NCBI GenBank assembly: GCA_965219385.1 | Contig: CBDCNM010000002.1 | Span: 3,234,305 to 3,298,304 of the forward strand | Source of the DNA: Candidatus Latescibacterota bacterium | GTDB taxonomy: Bacteria; Latescibacterota; UBA2968; UBA8231 | Length of the DNA: 64,000 bases | Direction: 5' to 3' | Shown here: piece by piece, positions 1 through 8,760 of the stretch | Position numbering within the stretch: position 1 is the first letter of the stretch | How the letters are laid out: each line of letters starts with the position of its first letter | Position numbers and translations under genes: made by a program | The notes under the pieces: model-generated | Seen by the model: only the letters and a program-made list of their open reading frames with translations | What the model was told of the DNA's origin: nothing | Databases searched by the model: none

Positions 1-3000
1 GCTCGGGTGATGAGAACATTCAGTCGTCGTTCACCGCCTTCCGCAGTCAGTGGCCCGAAGTTCATGGCGACCTGCCCTCCGGCGTCCCGCCCGTATCCGA
101 TGCTGATGAATATGACGTCCCTTTCATCTCCCTGTACGTTTTCCAGATTCTTAACGAAGAATGGTTCCTCGGGATGGTCATTGAAGAATGTCTCGCAGGA
201 GAGGTCCTGTCGGCGGAGTCTCTCTAGCTCGTCCTGGATGGCTTCTCTCTGCGCGGAGCTGAATGCTGCTACACCGAGGGTCAATCCAGGACTCCGCCTG
301 GCATGTTCCATGACATGAGCCGCCACAACAGCGGCCTCTTTGCGATTTGTGCTGCTCCTCCCACGGTCGTATTGGGTATCTGGAAGGTAGTGATACCTAA
401 GACCGATGCTCTCCCTACTGGAGTCGGGGCTTGGGAAGACTACTAGCCCATTGTCGTAGAACTCTCGGTTCGACACGGCTATCAGAGACTCGTGGCGGCT
501 ACGGTAGTGCCATCTCAGCATCCTGTCAGGCGCGCCCTCAGCGCGGAACAACCCCAAGATGCTCTCCATGTCTGCGACCACGCTGTCGTCATCATCATCG
601 TCGTCAGATTGTGTAACGATGTCGAAGAACCTCGTTGGCGGCAATTGCTTGCTGTCACCCACGACTACGGACTGGTCAGCGCGCATTAGGGCGCCAAGAG
701 CATCCACGGGCCTAACCTGGCTGGCCTCGTCGAACACTACAAGATCGAAATAGACGCTGCCTGGAGGCAGATATGTTGCGATGGACATTGGACTCATCAT
801 GAATACGGGCTTGATTGCTTGTATGGCATTCCCTGCTTGAACCATCAACTGTCGGACTGGAAGGTGCCCGCGCTTCCTCTCGAACTGCCTCCTGAGAGTC
901 CGAAGTTGTCCGCCGCCGTCGTACTTGGGAAGCTGTGACCAGTGGGAATAGGCCACCCTGGCGCGATTGTGGTCCAGCGCAAGTTCGTCCATCGAACAGA
1001 ACTGTCCTATCAGTTGTTCATGTATGTTGCCGGCGAAGCTCGAAAGGGCGTACCGCTCGTTCAGGGCGCGGGACAAGACATGCTCATACCACGCCCGTTC
1101 AAATACACTTCTTAGGTGGTGAGCCGCCTCCGACCACTCCGCCCCGACCTCCACGAGCGATCCGAGCCCTTCCTCCGCAGCTTCGTGGGCCGCGCTGTTG
1201 AACCCAACAAGGTCATGGATGCCGTCTATCCCGCCCGACCAATCGGTGAGGATTTCGCCCTGCGCCGCAAACGGGAGAGTTATCATCCCTTCGAGTTGCG
1301 CTCCTCCTCCATTGGTCAAGCTCACGCGGGCGGAATCCCTGAATCGCTTCGAGTTGTCCATTTCCAGGAAGGCTTGAAGCGTGTCTAGGCGGTTGACGTG
1401 AGAATCCACCGCTGCCCTGACCTTATCTGTCAGGCTACCCACGACCTCTGGGTTTATGTCGTCACGAAGGGACCTGGCGGCGTCAATCGGTATGACGCCG
1501 TTGTCAACATCAGTGAACAGCGCTAGCGCCCACTCGACGATCCGGCCGATGGCTTTCCAATCGGAATCCGCACCCTTCCACTTCGGTCCTAGGGCAGCTT
1601 CAGCGACTGGGGACATCGAGTCGAATGTCCGCCGAAGTTCCTGCTCCTCCAAGATCCCATCCAGAACCTCGATTTGCCGTTCGACACCAACTGGCGGTGC
1701 GGCTCTGAATAAAGCGGAGAGGCTGACGTTGGCTTGGGCAAGATCGTTGTTCTCTTTGCCCATTGCGTTGAGGATGTCGCCCTGTTGAGCAAAGCTAAGA
1801 GACAGGAGTCCGGCCTCGCCCTCGATGTCCAATGCGATGATGGAAGAAAGCCTCTCAATGCGCTCAGCGTGGGAATCCGTGGCCTTTACAACCTGCCCCA
1901 ACAGGGCCTCTATCTCCCTCGCGTCGATGTCGTCTCGCAGGCGCCTTACGGTGTCAATCGCTATGTGGCCGCTGTCTACGTCAGTGAACAGGGCAAGCGC
2001 CCACTCTACGACGTGGCCAACAGCCTCCCAATCGGAATCTTGACCCTCCCACTTCTTTCCAATGAGAGCTCCGGCAATCGGGGACAACCGCTCAAACGTG
2101 CGCCGACGCTCCTGCTCCTGAAGAATTGCATCCACGGTCGCTATCCGATCCTCGATGCTGTCGGGGCGTGCGATGAGACACAATTCCGAGAGATGCCTTT
2201 GGGCGCGTCGGTGCCTCGGAGACAGGAATCTCCAGGGCCTTCGTCCAACCGTCGAGAGAGCGTCATGCGTCTCTCGGACGTCTGCATCCCACGCTCTCGG
2301 ATCCAACAGGTCGTCGTACCGAGAATGCAGTCCGACCCACGATTCACCAGCGTCCGCAAGGCGTTTCATCGCGTCGCGTTGGGACTTCTGCTCGAATGCG
2401 TATAGATCAACGCCCTGGATGCTTGGGGCCTTTGCCGCTCGTTCTGCTACAGGCATCAGACCTGCAACCTGTGTCGCATCTTCTGGCGGATTCAATCCCA
2501 GGGCCTCAGCCAGTTGGTGAACTAGCTCAGTAAGTGTCTGGAGCGATTTCAATCCCGCGTCTATCCATTCCTGGGATATGCTCGGGTTATTGGGAGCAAT
2601 ATGGAATTCGGGTTGGACGCATGATTGGAACTTGCGCCCGACGGTAGAGAGGGTGTCATGAGTCCGGCGCACATCAGCATCCCATGAGCTGGGCTCCAGG
2701 ATGTCGTCATAAGTGGAGTGCAGCGCGCCCCACCTTGTCCCGGCGTCCACGAGGTGTTTCATCACCTCGCGCTGAGGGAGGTGCTTGAATGCTGAAAGAT
2801 CAACGCCCATGATGTCAGGAGCCTTCGCCGCTCGGTGGGCAACGGCGAGCAAGATGTCGGTATGTATCAGGTCTTCAGGCGTACTCAGCCCCAAGGCACC
2901 AGCGAGGTCACGTACACTCCTGTCTGTAGTCCCCAACGATTCGACAGCGCTATCAATCCTCTCCTTCAGGACCCCCTGACCGTTCGGCAGAAGCATGCGC

Positions 3001-4640
3001 AGCCTTGAACCCCAGAAAGGGTGCTGCTCAGGAACCCCAACCCGCGCGAGCCTGGTCTGAAATTCTGAGACCACTCTGAGCTTCGACTCGAAATCGGCCG
3101 CTGTCCATGAGCCGATGCCGGCTATGTCCACACGCGGCAGAGGAGTGCCCTCATGCTCTTGGTCGCGAATCCGAATGAGTTCGCCGTATGCCGTGTATGG
3201 AGACGCTCCGGTTGCACCAACCGGCGCATTAACCGCCTCGGCATACGCGTTGAGTCTGCTCCGAAGACGGGCAAGCCCAACGAAGTCGTCTTCTATCCCG
3301 TCGACGGTCGGTGCGCCTAAGTCTAGCGCCTTCTTCAATTCGTCAAGGACGGTGCGCTTCGTGGTCTTGTGGCTGTGCAACTCAAGGCAGGCTACGCCAA
3401 GGCCGATGCCGTCCAGTCGGTGCTTGACTACTTCAAGTGCGGCCATCTTCTCGGAGACGAACAGGATCTTTCTGTCGTTACCTATCGCCTCCGCGATTAT
3501 GTTCATGATTGTCTGAGACTTACCTGTTCCCGGCGGTCCCTGGATGACGAGGTTGCGGCCTTGGTTGACGTCGAAGATTGCCAGCGCCTGCGACGAGTCG
3601 GCGTCCACGACATGGTGGATGTCCTCAGGACTGAGGTGATCGTCCAGACGGTCTCCTTCGCCAATCTTTGGATCAGGTTCGGAGAATCCACCTCCAAAAA
3701 GGGCGCGGATGATGCCGCTCTCCCTAGGGCCGTATCCCGTCCCGTCAGGCCAGGTGGTTGGATCGAGGTCTCTGTACATGAGGAATTTGCCGAATGAGAA
3801 GAAGCCGAGAACGACGCTGCCACGGTCTACAGACCAGCGATCCAGCTCTTCTATGCCGCTCGCAACGTCGTCGAAGTACCCGTCCACGTCAAGGTCTTCA
3901 TCACTGGGCAGGCCGGGTATATCTACTCCGAAGTCGTTCTTCACCTTTTCCATGAACGAGAGACTGGCCCCTAGTTCTCCGCCGGTGTAGCGGATGTTGA
4001 ATCTCCCCCGAACATCCGAACGGGTAATCTCCACTGGCACCAGTATCAGGGGCGCTCGACGCACGATGTCGCTGGAGTCGGATGCGTACCACTCGACCAT
4101 GCCGAGGGCAACGAAGAGGGTGTTGACACCCTGTTCTTGAATCAGTGTGTTTACGGCGTGGTGGGTCTTGAGAAGTCGCGTTTGCAGCTGGCTGGCAGAT
4201 TCGTTAGTTTGCAGGCGGCTGTCGGTGTGCTGCGGTGCGGTGCCGCTCTCGTCCTCCTCGGGTTGGTCCAATTCGTCACTAGGCTCTTCATTCGAGGGCG
4301 CGGATAGGTCAAGGGACACCTGCTGATCCTCGTCCTGGCGAGCCAGGAAAGACATTGGGCGGGCTTTATGCACTAGGAAGTCGAAGACGAAGGATGGGAT
4401 TTCGTCAACGACTTCTACGCCCCTATACCTAAGTGGGCGGTAGTTGAGCAACGGGTTGCGGAGGCTCAGGTCCAGAAGCTCCGTCCTCGTCCTTTCAATC
4501 TTGTCGATAATGGGGTCGGCGGTGTCCTCGCTGGAAGATGTAGGGCTGCCGTCGGTGGAGTCCAACCCCTGAGTGGCCTCCGACTCCTCGTCGTTCAAGC
4601 CACTCCTCCAACTGTCGTCTAGATTCATACCGTGTGCCAC
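1..4640 (-). CDS. DUF4011-containing superfamily 1 helicase (Hhe-like, probable defence protein); 3' end lies outside the window
   Basis: Hand translation from GTG at 4640 (GGAGG upstream) gives ELLDLSLRNPLLNYRP (DUF4011-type start), VFDEASQ, GDSKQLPP, HYRSRHESLI and FVKNLENVQGDERD...RRLNVLITRA. Both ends are in the same frame. It is absent from the ORF track, consistent with no stop codon in the window. Confidence 0.88.
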   Translation of the reverse strand, partial: MAHGMNLDDSWRSGLNDEESEATQGLDSTDGSPTSSSEDTADPIIDKIERTRTELLDLSLRNPLLNYRPLRYRGVEVVDEIPSFVFDFLVHKARPMSFLARQDEDQQVSLDLSAPSNEEPSDELDQPEEDESGTAPQHTDSRLQTNESASQLQTRLLKTHHAVNTLIQEQGVNTLFVALGMVEWYASDSSDIVRRAPLILVPVEITRSDVRGRFNIRYTGGELGASLSFMEKVKNDFGVDIPGLPSDEDLDVDGYFDDVASGIEELDRWSVDRGSVVLGFFSFGKFLMYRDLDPTTWPDGTGYGPRESGIIRALFGGGFSEPDPKIGEGDRLDDHLSPEDIHHVVDADSSQALAIFDVNQGRNLVIQGPPGTGKSQTIMNIIAEAIGNDRKILFVSEKMAALEVVKHRLDGIGLGVACLELHSHKTTKRTVLDELKKALDLGAPTVDGIEDDFVGLARLRSRLNAYAEAVNAPVGATGASPYTAYGELIRIRDQEHEGTPLPRVDIAGIGSWTAADFESKLRVVSEFQTRLARVGVPEQHPFWGSRLRMLLPNGQGVLKERIDSAVESLGTTDRSVRDLAGALGLSTPEDLIHTDILLAVAHRAAKAPDIMGVDLSAFKHLPQREVMKHLVDAGTRWGALHSTYDDILEPSSWDADVRRTHDTLSTVGRKFQSCVQPEFHIAPNNPSISQEWIDAGLKSLQTLTELVHQLAEALGLNPPEDATQVAGLMPVAERAAKAPSIQGVDLYAFEQKSQRDAMKRLADAGESWVGLHSRYDDLLDPRAWDADVRETHDALSTVGRRPWRFLSPRHRRAQRHLSELCLIARPDSIEDRIATVDAILQEQERRRTFERLSPIAGALIGKKWEGQDSDWEAVGHVVEWALALFTDVDSGHIAIDTVRRLRDDIDAREIEALLGQVVKATDSHAERIERLSSIIALDIEGEAGLLSLSFAQQGDILNAMGKENNDLAQANVSLSALFRAAPPVGVERQIEVLDGILEEQELRRTFDSMSPVAEAALGPKWKGADSDWKAIGRIVEWALALFTDVDNGVIPIDAARSLRDDINPEVVGSLTDKVRAAVDSHVNRLDTLQAFLEMDNSKRFRDSARVSLTNGGGAQLEGMITLPFAAQGEILTDWSGGIDGIHDLVGFNSAAHEAAEEGLGSLVEVGAEWSEAAHHLRSVFERAWYEHVLSRALNERYALSSFAGNIHEQLIGQFCSMDELALDHNRARVAYSHWSQLPKYDGGGQLRTLRRQFERKRGHLPVRQLMVQAGNAIQAIKPVFMMSPMSIATYLPPGSVYFDLVVFDEASQVRPVDALGALMRADQSVVVGDSKQLPPTRFFDIVTQSDDDDDDDSVVADMESILGLFRAEGAPDRMLRWHYRSRHESLIAVSNREFYDNGLVVFPSPDSSRESIGLRYHYLPDTQYDRGRSSTNRKEAAVVAAHVMEHARRSPGLTLGVAAFSSAQREAIQDELERLRRQDLSCETFFNDHPEEPFFVKNLENVQGDERDVIFISIGYGRDAGGQVAMNFGPLTAEGGERRLNVLITR

Positions 4641-5346
4641 TGCGCCTCCACTGAAATATATGGTGTTGGACCCTCGTCTCGCTAAGGCAACCCTTCCCCT
4701 TCAACCTCCATGCCGGCCCATCGCCACACCCTGACCATCAGGATTGCTTGACCGAACGGGCCATCCTATGGACATGCCCACAAAGTGCCCGGCAAAATCG
4801 AGGGCGAACCGCGGCGTGTCATAGGGTCCTTCCTGGTCTGGCATGACCGAGCATTTCAGCCGACGGCGGCTTCCAATGGGCTACCGGGGGGCCAACCGCG
4901 AAGGGGATATCGGCGTTACGCCAGCGAGAATCGAGGGGGGGATAACAACAGGGCTTCGGAGGCCCCCAGCCAAGCTCGAATCCCCCTACGAGTTACGGCT
5001 CTTGAGAACGGACACGGTACTATTCTCCCTTGATGCTGAAATGGCTAGGGGAACTATATCGCAAACGCGAAGTATACTGCAATATGGCAATGCACAATGA
5101 TGGCTCCCTAGCGGGTGTCGCGATCATTCACCGACGACGCGGCAAGGGGGTCATCACTCGATGCCCCACTACTTCCGGGCTACGGCGGGGTTGTACCGGC
5201 GGGCAGCGGCATTCCATGCACACCCACCACAACCAAGCAGGGCAGGCCCGCAAGATGCGGCGGAACTGGGGCCGACTACAAATACAGTAAGGAACCTACA
5301 ACGCCAGCGTGAACCTGATGGTGAAGGTTCTCGATTTTGTCCAGTT

Positions 5347-5423
5347 TGGTGGGCGATACTGGACTCGAACCAGTGACCTCTGGTATGTGAAACCAGCGCT
5401 CTAACCGACTGAGCTAATCGCCC
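5347..5423 (-). tRNA. tRNA-Val (CAC)
   Basis: Reverse complement GGGCGATTAGCTCAGTCGGTTAGAGCGCTGGTTTCACATACCAGAGGTCACTGGTTCGAGTCCAGTATCGCCCACCA: cloverleaf, anticodon CAC, encoded CCA. Confidence 0.96.
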
Positions 5424-5519
5424 CGACTTAGACTTTTTAGAGACTCTAAGTTAAGCATTTTTCAAGGGGCGTGCAATGGCTGACAAATTAGAATTCCAGG
5501 CTCTCATTGCACCCGGAAA

Positions 5520-7130
5520 CTAGGCGTTGCGGTAGCCAATAGTCAGGCGCACATCCTGAACCACCACTCTTTGGCCTGGCCGGGGCGGTTTTGCCATCAG
5601 GCGCACTTCCACCTGGTTCTCTCCCTGGCGCAGGGTTCGAGAATTGAGGTCGAATTCGACGCTGATACCCTCCTGAAAAACCTCTACGGGGTAGGTGGGA
5701 TAACTGCCCCAGAACAGCGGCGCTACCCGAAGCTCGTGCCAGCCCTCAAAGTCGCCCCGGGCAGCACTCCACGGTATGAGTTCCTGGTTGAGCCGCACCT
5801 CGAGCTGGTCGTCCCCGGTGAAGTTCTCCAGGTGGATAAAGAGACTGCAGGTGCCCAGAGCATGGTTGGTCCGCACGGATTCCAGGTCGTCGGCAAGGTC
5901 GAGACTCAACACCGGTCCCCCCCCGGCGATGGTTTCGTCCAGTATCACCGGCAACTGGGTGGACGGGCTGGCGTAGCGGAAGCCGCAGCTGTGGCCTGTG
6001 CAGGGGGTAAAGGCACCCGCCCGTTCCAGGCGATAGCGCTTGTCCAGCCGCGCGAGAGCCGCGGGATTGGATAGTTCGTCAAAGGCGCGTTTATTCCACT
6101 CCGGCGCCATGGTGTAAAAATTGTAAAGGTAAATGCCGTCGGCCCCGTCGCGCCACCAGCGGCTGGCCAGGGCGCGCAGGTCTCTCTGGTCCATGGTGCG
6201 GGTGGCTTCGATACAGCCGTAGATCCGGCAGGGGGTGCCCCGGGCGGCCTCGACAAATTCCCCGACCGGGGTTTCAAAGGGGATAAACCCGCCGCCGACC
6301 ACGACGATATCCACCAGACCTTCGGTTATCCAGTGGGCCATGTCCACCCCGACCCGGGTCGAATCCGCCAGAGTAGGGGGGACCCGGACCAGTAGCGGCA
6401 GTTCCTTGCCTCGCTCGGCGCCGGTCTGGCGCAGGCGCAGACGCACCTGGCGTATCAGGTCGGTCATCAGGTAGCGGTTGGCATAGGCTTCCTCGACGCG
6501 GAAAAAACCAGGGTGGCGCATGAAGTCCAGCTCGACGCCGTCCACGTCCCAGCGTTCAAAGGATTCGCAGATGATGCCAAGGGCGTACTCGCGGACCTGG
6601 AGGAAGGAGTAGTCTTTGCCGGTGCGCAGTCCCCACTCGACGGTATTTTCGGGAATCCTTTCGCCCGGCCGGCCGATGAGCAACTCGGGGTGTTCGCGGC
6701 GGAAGCGACCGTAGCTGGGGTGATCCGGATGGATTGCGTAGTGGCTGTTTATGCGGAAGCGCGGGAAGAAGGGGACGCCAGCCTGGCGGCACAGGTCGGA
6801 CAGGGCGGTCATGGGGCCGCCACAGGATTCCATGAGAGCGCGGATATTGGCGCTCGTCCTGGTCAAAAGACCGGGGATGGAGGAGTAGACAAAGGAGTAG
6901 AGGTCGGGCTCCAGGTCCTCGTAGTCGGTGCCGTAGATTTCGCCGATTTCGGTTTCGTACTGGTAGAGTTCGTGGTCGCCCAGGCTCCACCCGAGGGCGC
7001 CGCCGGTGCCGGCGTAGCCGTCTACTACTCTTTTTTTCAGGTCCTGTGCGGTCGCGGGTGGTTCGGTGGCACCCATGATCCAGCCGTCGTCGGTAAAGAT
7101 TATGGAGGGGAAATCGATTTTTGCCGTCAT
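5520..7130 (-). CDS. Glycoside hydrolase-like TIM-barrel protein (GHL10/DUF187-like)
   Basis: 536 aa; contains DVDGVELDFMRH, WITEGLVD and GADGIYLYNF, plus a C-terminal beta domain. Confidence 0.65.
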   Translation of the reverse strand: MTAKIDFPSIIFTDDGWIMGATEPPATAQDLKKRVVDGYAGTGGALGWSLGDHELYQYETEIGEIYGTDYEDLEPDLYSFVYSSIPGLLTRTSANIRALMESCGGPMTALSDLCRQAGVPFFPRFRINSHYAIHPDHPSYGRFRREHPELLIGRPGERIPENTVEWGLRTGKDYSFLQVREYALGIICESFERWDVDGVELDFMRHPGFFRVEEAYANRYLMTDLIRQVRLRLRQTGAERGKELPLLVRVPPTLADSTRVGVDMAHWITEGLVDIVVVGGGFIPFETPVGEFVEAARGTPCRIYGCIEATRTMDQRDLRALASRWWRDGADGIYLYNFYTMAPEWNKRAFDELSNPAALARLDKRYRLERAGAFTPCTGHSCGFRYASPSTQLPVILDETIAGGGPVLSLDLADDLESVRTNHALGTCSLFIHLENFTGDDQLEVRLNQELIPWSAARGDFEGWHELRVAPLFWGSYPTYPVEVFQEGISVEFDLNSRTLRQGENQVEVRLMAKPPRPGQRVVVQDVRLTIGYRNA

Positions 7131-7288
7131 GTCATTAAATCCTTGGGTGTTCTATGCGATTTCGCGCCCGTGAGAACATCTTCCTTTCATACCTATTACA
7201 GCTTATAGCTTTTCGACGGCGTCATCAAGGAGAAACCTGCCCTCGGAGGAGATCCTCCATTTTTTTGGCCGGCTGGGAAAAAAAGTGC

Positions 7289-7348
7289 TTGCCTGAACAG
7301 ACGGGGATGTTTATTATATTACTGTATCGGTTAACCGATACAGTAATA
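7289..7348 (+). promoter_or_regulatory. Sigma70-type promoter with a 32-bp perfect palindromic operator (probable GntR/YtrA site)
   Basis: TTGCCT(7289)-17 bp-TATTAT(7312). Palindrome TATTACTGTATCGGTT|AACCGATACAGTAATA at 7317-7348. Confidence 0.8.
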
Positions 7349-7463
7349 CTGCGGACAATACCCAACGAGGAAGTACTGTGAAACGCGACATCAGCCAAAA
7401 CACCGGCGCACGATCGCTAGTGAGGTAAGGGCAGGACAGCTAAGGAGAATCGCCATCTTACAC

Positions 7464-7844
7464 TTGCGGATAGATCCGGCCAGCGGGCTTCCCATCTACC
7501 TGCAGATCATCGAGCAGATCAAGTACCATATTGTCCGGGGAGTGCTCAAAGCGCACGACGAGTTGCCCTCGGTGCGAGCCTTGGCCGGGCAGTATTTGAT
7601 CAACCCGAATACGGTGGTCCGGGCCTATCTGGAATTGGAGCGCGACGGGGTGCTCTACAAAAAGCGGGGCATGGGCACCTACGTGGCCGAAAAGGAGGTG
7701 GCCATGTCTCAGGAGGAAAAGTTCGAGATTGTGCGGCCATTGCTCGACAAGGCCCTGGTCCAGGCCGCCGAGCTAGGGCTGAGCCCGGCGGAGATGGAGC
7801 GGGTCTTTCAGGAGCGCCTGAACCAGTTCCGGGAAGAGGATTGA
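7464..7844 (+). CDS. GntR family (YtrA-like) transcriptional regulator
   Basis: PIYLQIIEQIK...LPSVRALA...INPNTVVRAYLELE...GMGTYV; lies upstream of an ABC ATPase. Confidence 0.93.
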   Translation: MRIDPASGLPIYLQIIEQIKYHIVRGVLKAHDELPSVRALAGQYLINPNTVVRAYLELERDGVLYKKRGMGTYVAEKEVAMSQEEKFEIVRPLLDKALVQAAELGLSPAEMERVFQERLNQFREED

Positions 7845-7860
7845 ACAGGAAGGAGTCGAT

Positions 7861-8760
7861 ATGACTGATACAGCCATCGCCATGGCAGGTTTGACCCATT
7901 GCTTTGGCCAGCGCCCGGCCGTGGACGATCTCCAGCTGGAGGTACCCACCGGCACGGTCTGCGGCTTTCTGGGGCGCAACGGGGCCGGCAAGACCACGAC
8001 CATCAAAATACTGATGAACCTGCTCAGGCCCACGGCCGGGCAGGTGGAAGTGCTGGGGCTGGATCCGGGACGGGATTCGCTGGCGCTGCGGCGGCAGGTG
8101 GGGTACGTGGCGGAGAATCCAGTCCTGTACGGGTGGATGAAGGTGCGGGAGTTGGTCTGGTTCACCGGTCAGTTTTACGACACCTGGAACCAGAGCAAGG
8201 TGGATGAGCTCATCCACCGTTTCGGCCTGGACCCGGAGCAAAAGGTCAAGCAATTGTCCAGGGGCATGAACGCTCAACTGGCCCTGGCCTTGGCCCTGGG
8301 GCACGAGCCGCGGCTGCTGATCCTCGACGAGCCGGCCTCGGGGCTGGACGTGGTGGTGCGGCGCGACTTTCTGGAGAGCATCATCGGGCTGATCCAGGAG
8401 GAGGGGCGCACCGTCTTTCTGTCATCGCATCTGGTCCACGAGGTGGAGCGGGTGGCCGACCGGGTGGCCATCATCGAGGCCGGTCGGCTGGTGGCGGAAG
8501 GGCCGGTGGACCAGGTGAAGCAGGGGGTCAAGCGGGTGGTGGTGCGCCTGTCTGAGAAGGCGGGTGAGCTGACCGGTATCCCCGGCTTGCGGGAGGTGCA
8601 GGGGGAGGGGACGCAGCGGCTGTTGACCGTGGTAGGATACGGCCCGGAGCAGACTGCCCGGATCGAGGCGCAGGGTGGCCACATCATCGAGGTGGTGGAC
8701 CTGAGCCTGGAGGAGGCTTTCGTGGCCCATGTCCGCGCCGCGGAAGGAGGAAGACCGTGA
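7861..8760 (+). CDS. ABC transporter ATP-binding protein
   Basis: Walker A GRNGAGKTT, signature LSRGM, Walker B LLILDEP, SSH motif. Confidence 0.95.
   Translation: MTDTAIAMAGLTHCFGQRPAVDDLQLEVPTGTVCGFLGRNGAGKTTTIKILMNLLRPTAGQVEVLGLDPGRDSLALRRQVGYVAENPVLYGWMKVRELVWFTGQFYDTWNQSKVDELIHRFGLDPEQKVKQLSRGMNAQLALALALGHEPRLLILDEPASGLDVVVRRDFLESIIGLIQEEGRTVFLSSHLVHEVERVADRVAIIEAGRLVAEGPVDQVKQGVKRVVVRLSEKAGELTGIPGLREVQGEGTQRLLTVVGYGPEQTARIEAQGGHIIEVVDLSLEEAFVAHVRAAEGGRP

Noticed and set aside
7..4092. Short plus-strand ORFs at the left end
   Set aside because: They are antisense to the continuous helicase frame.
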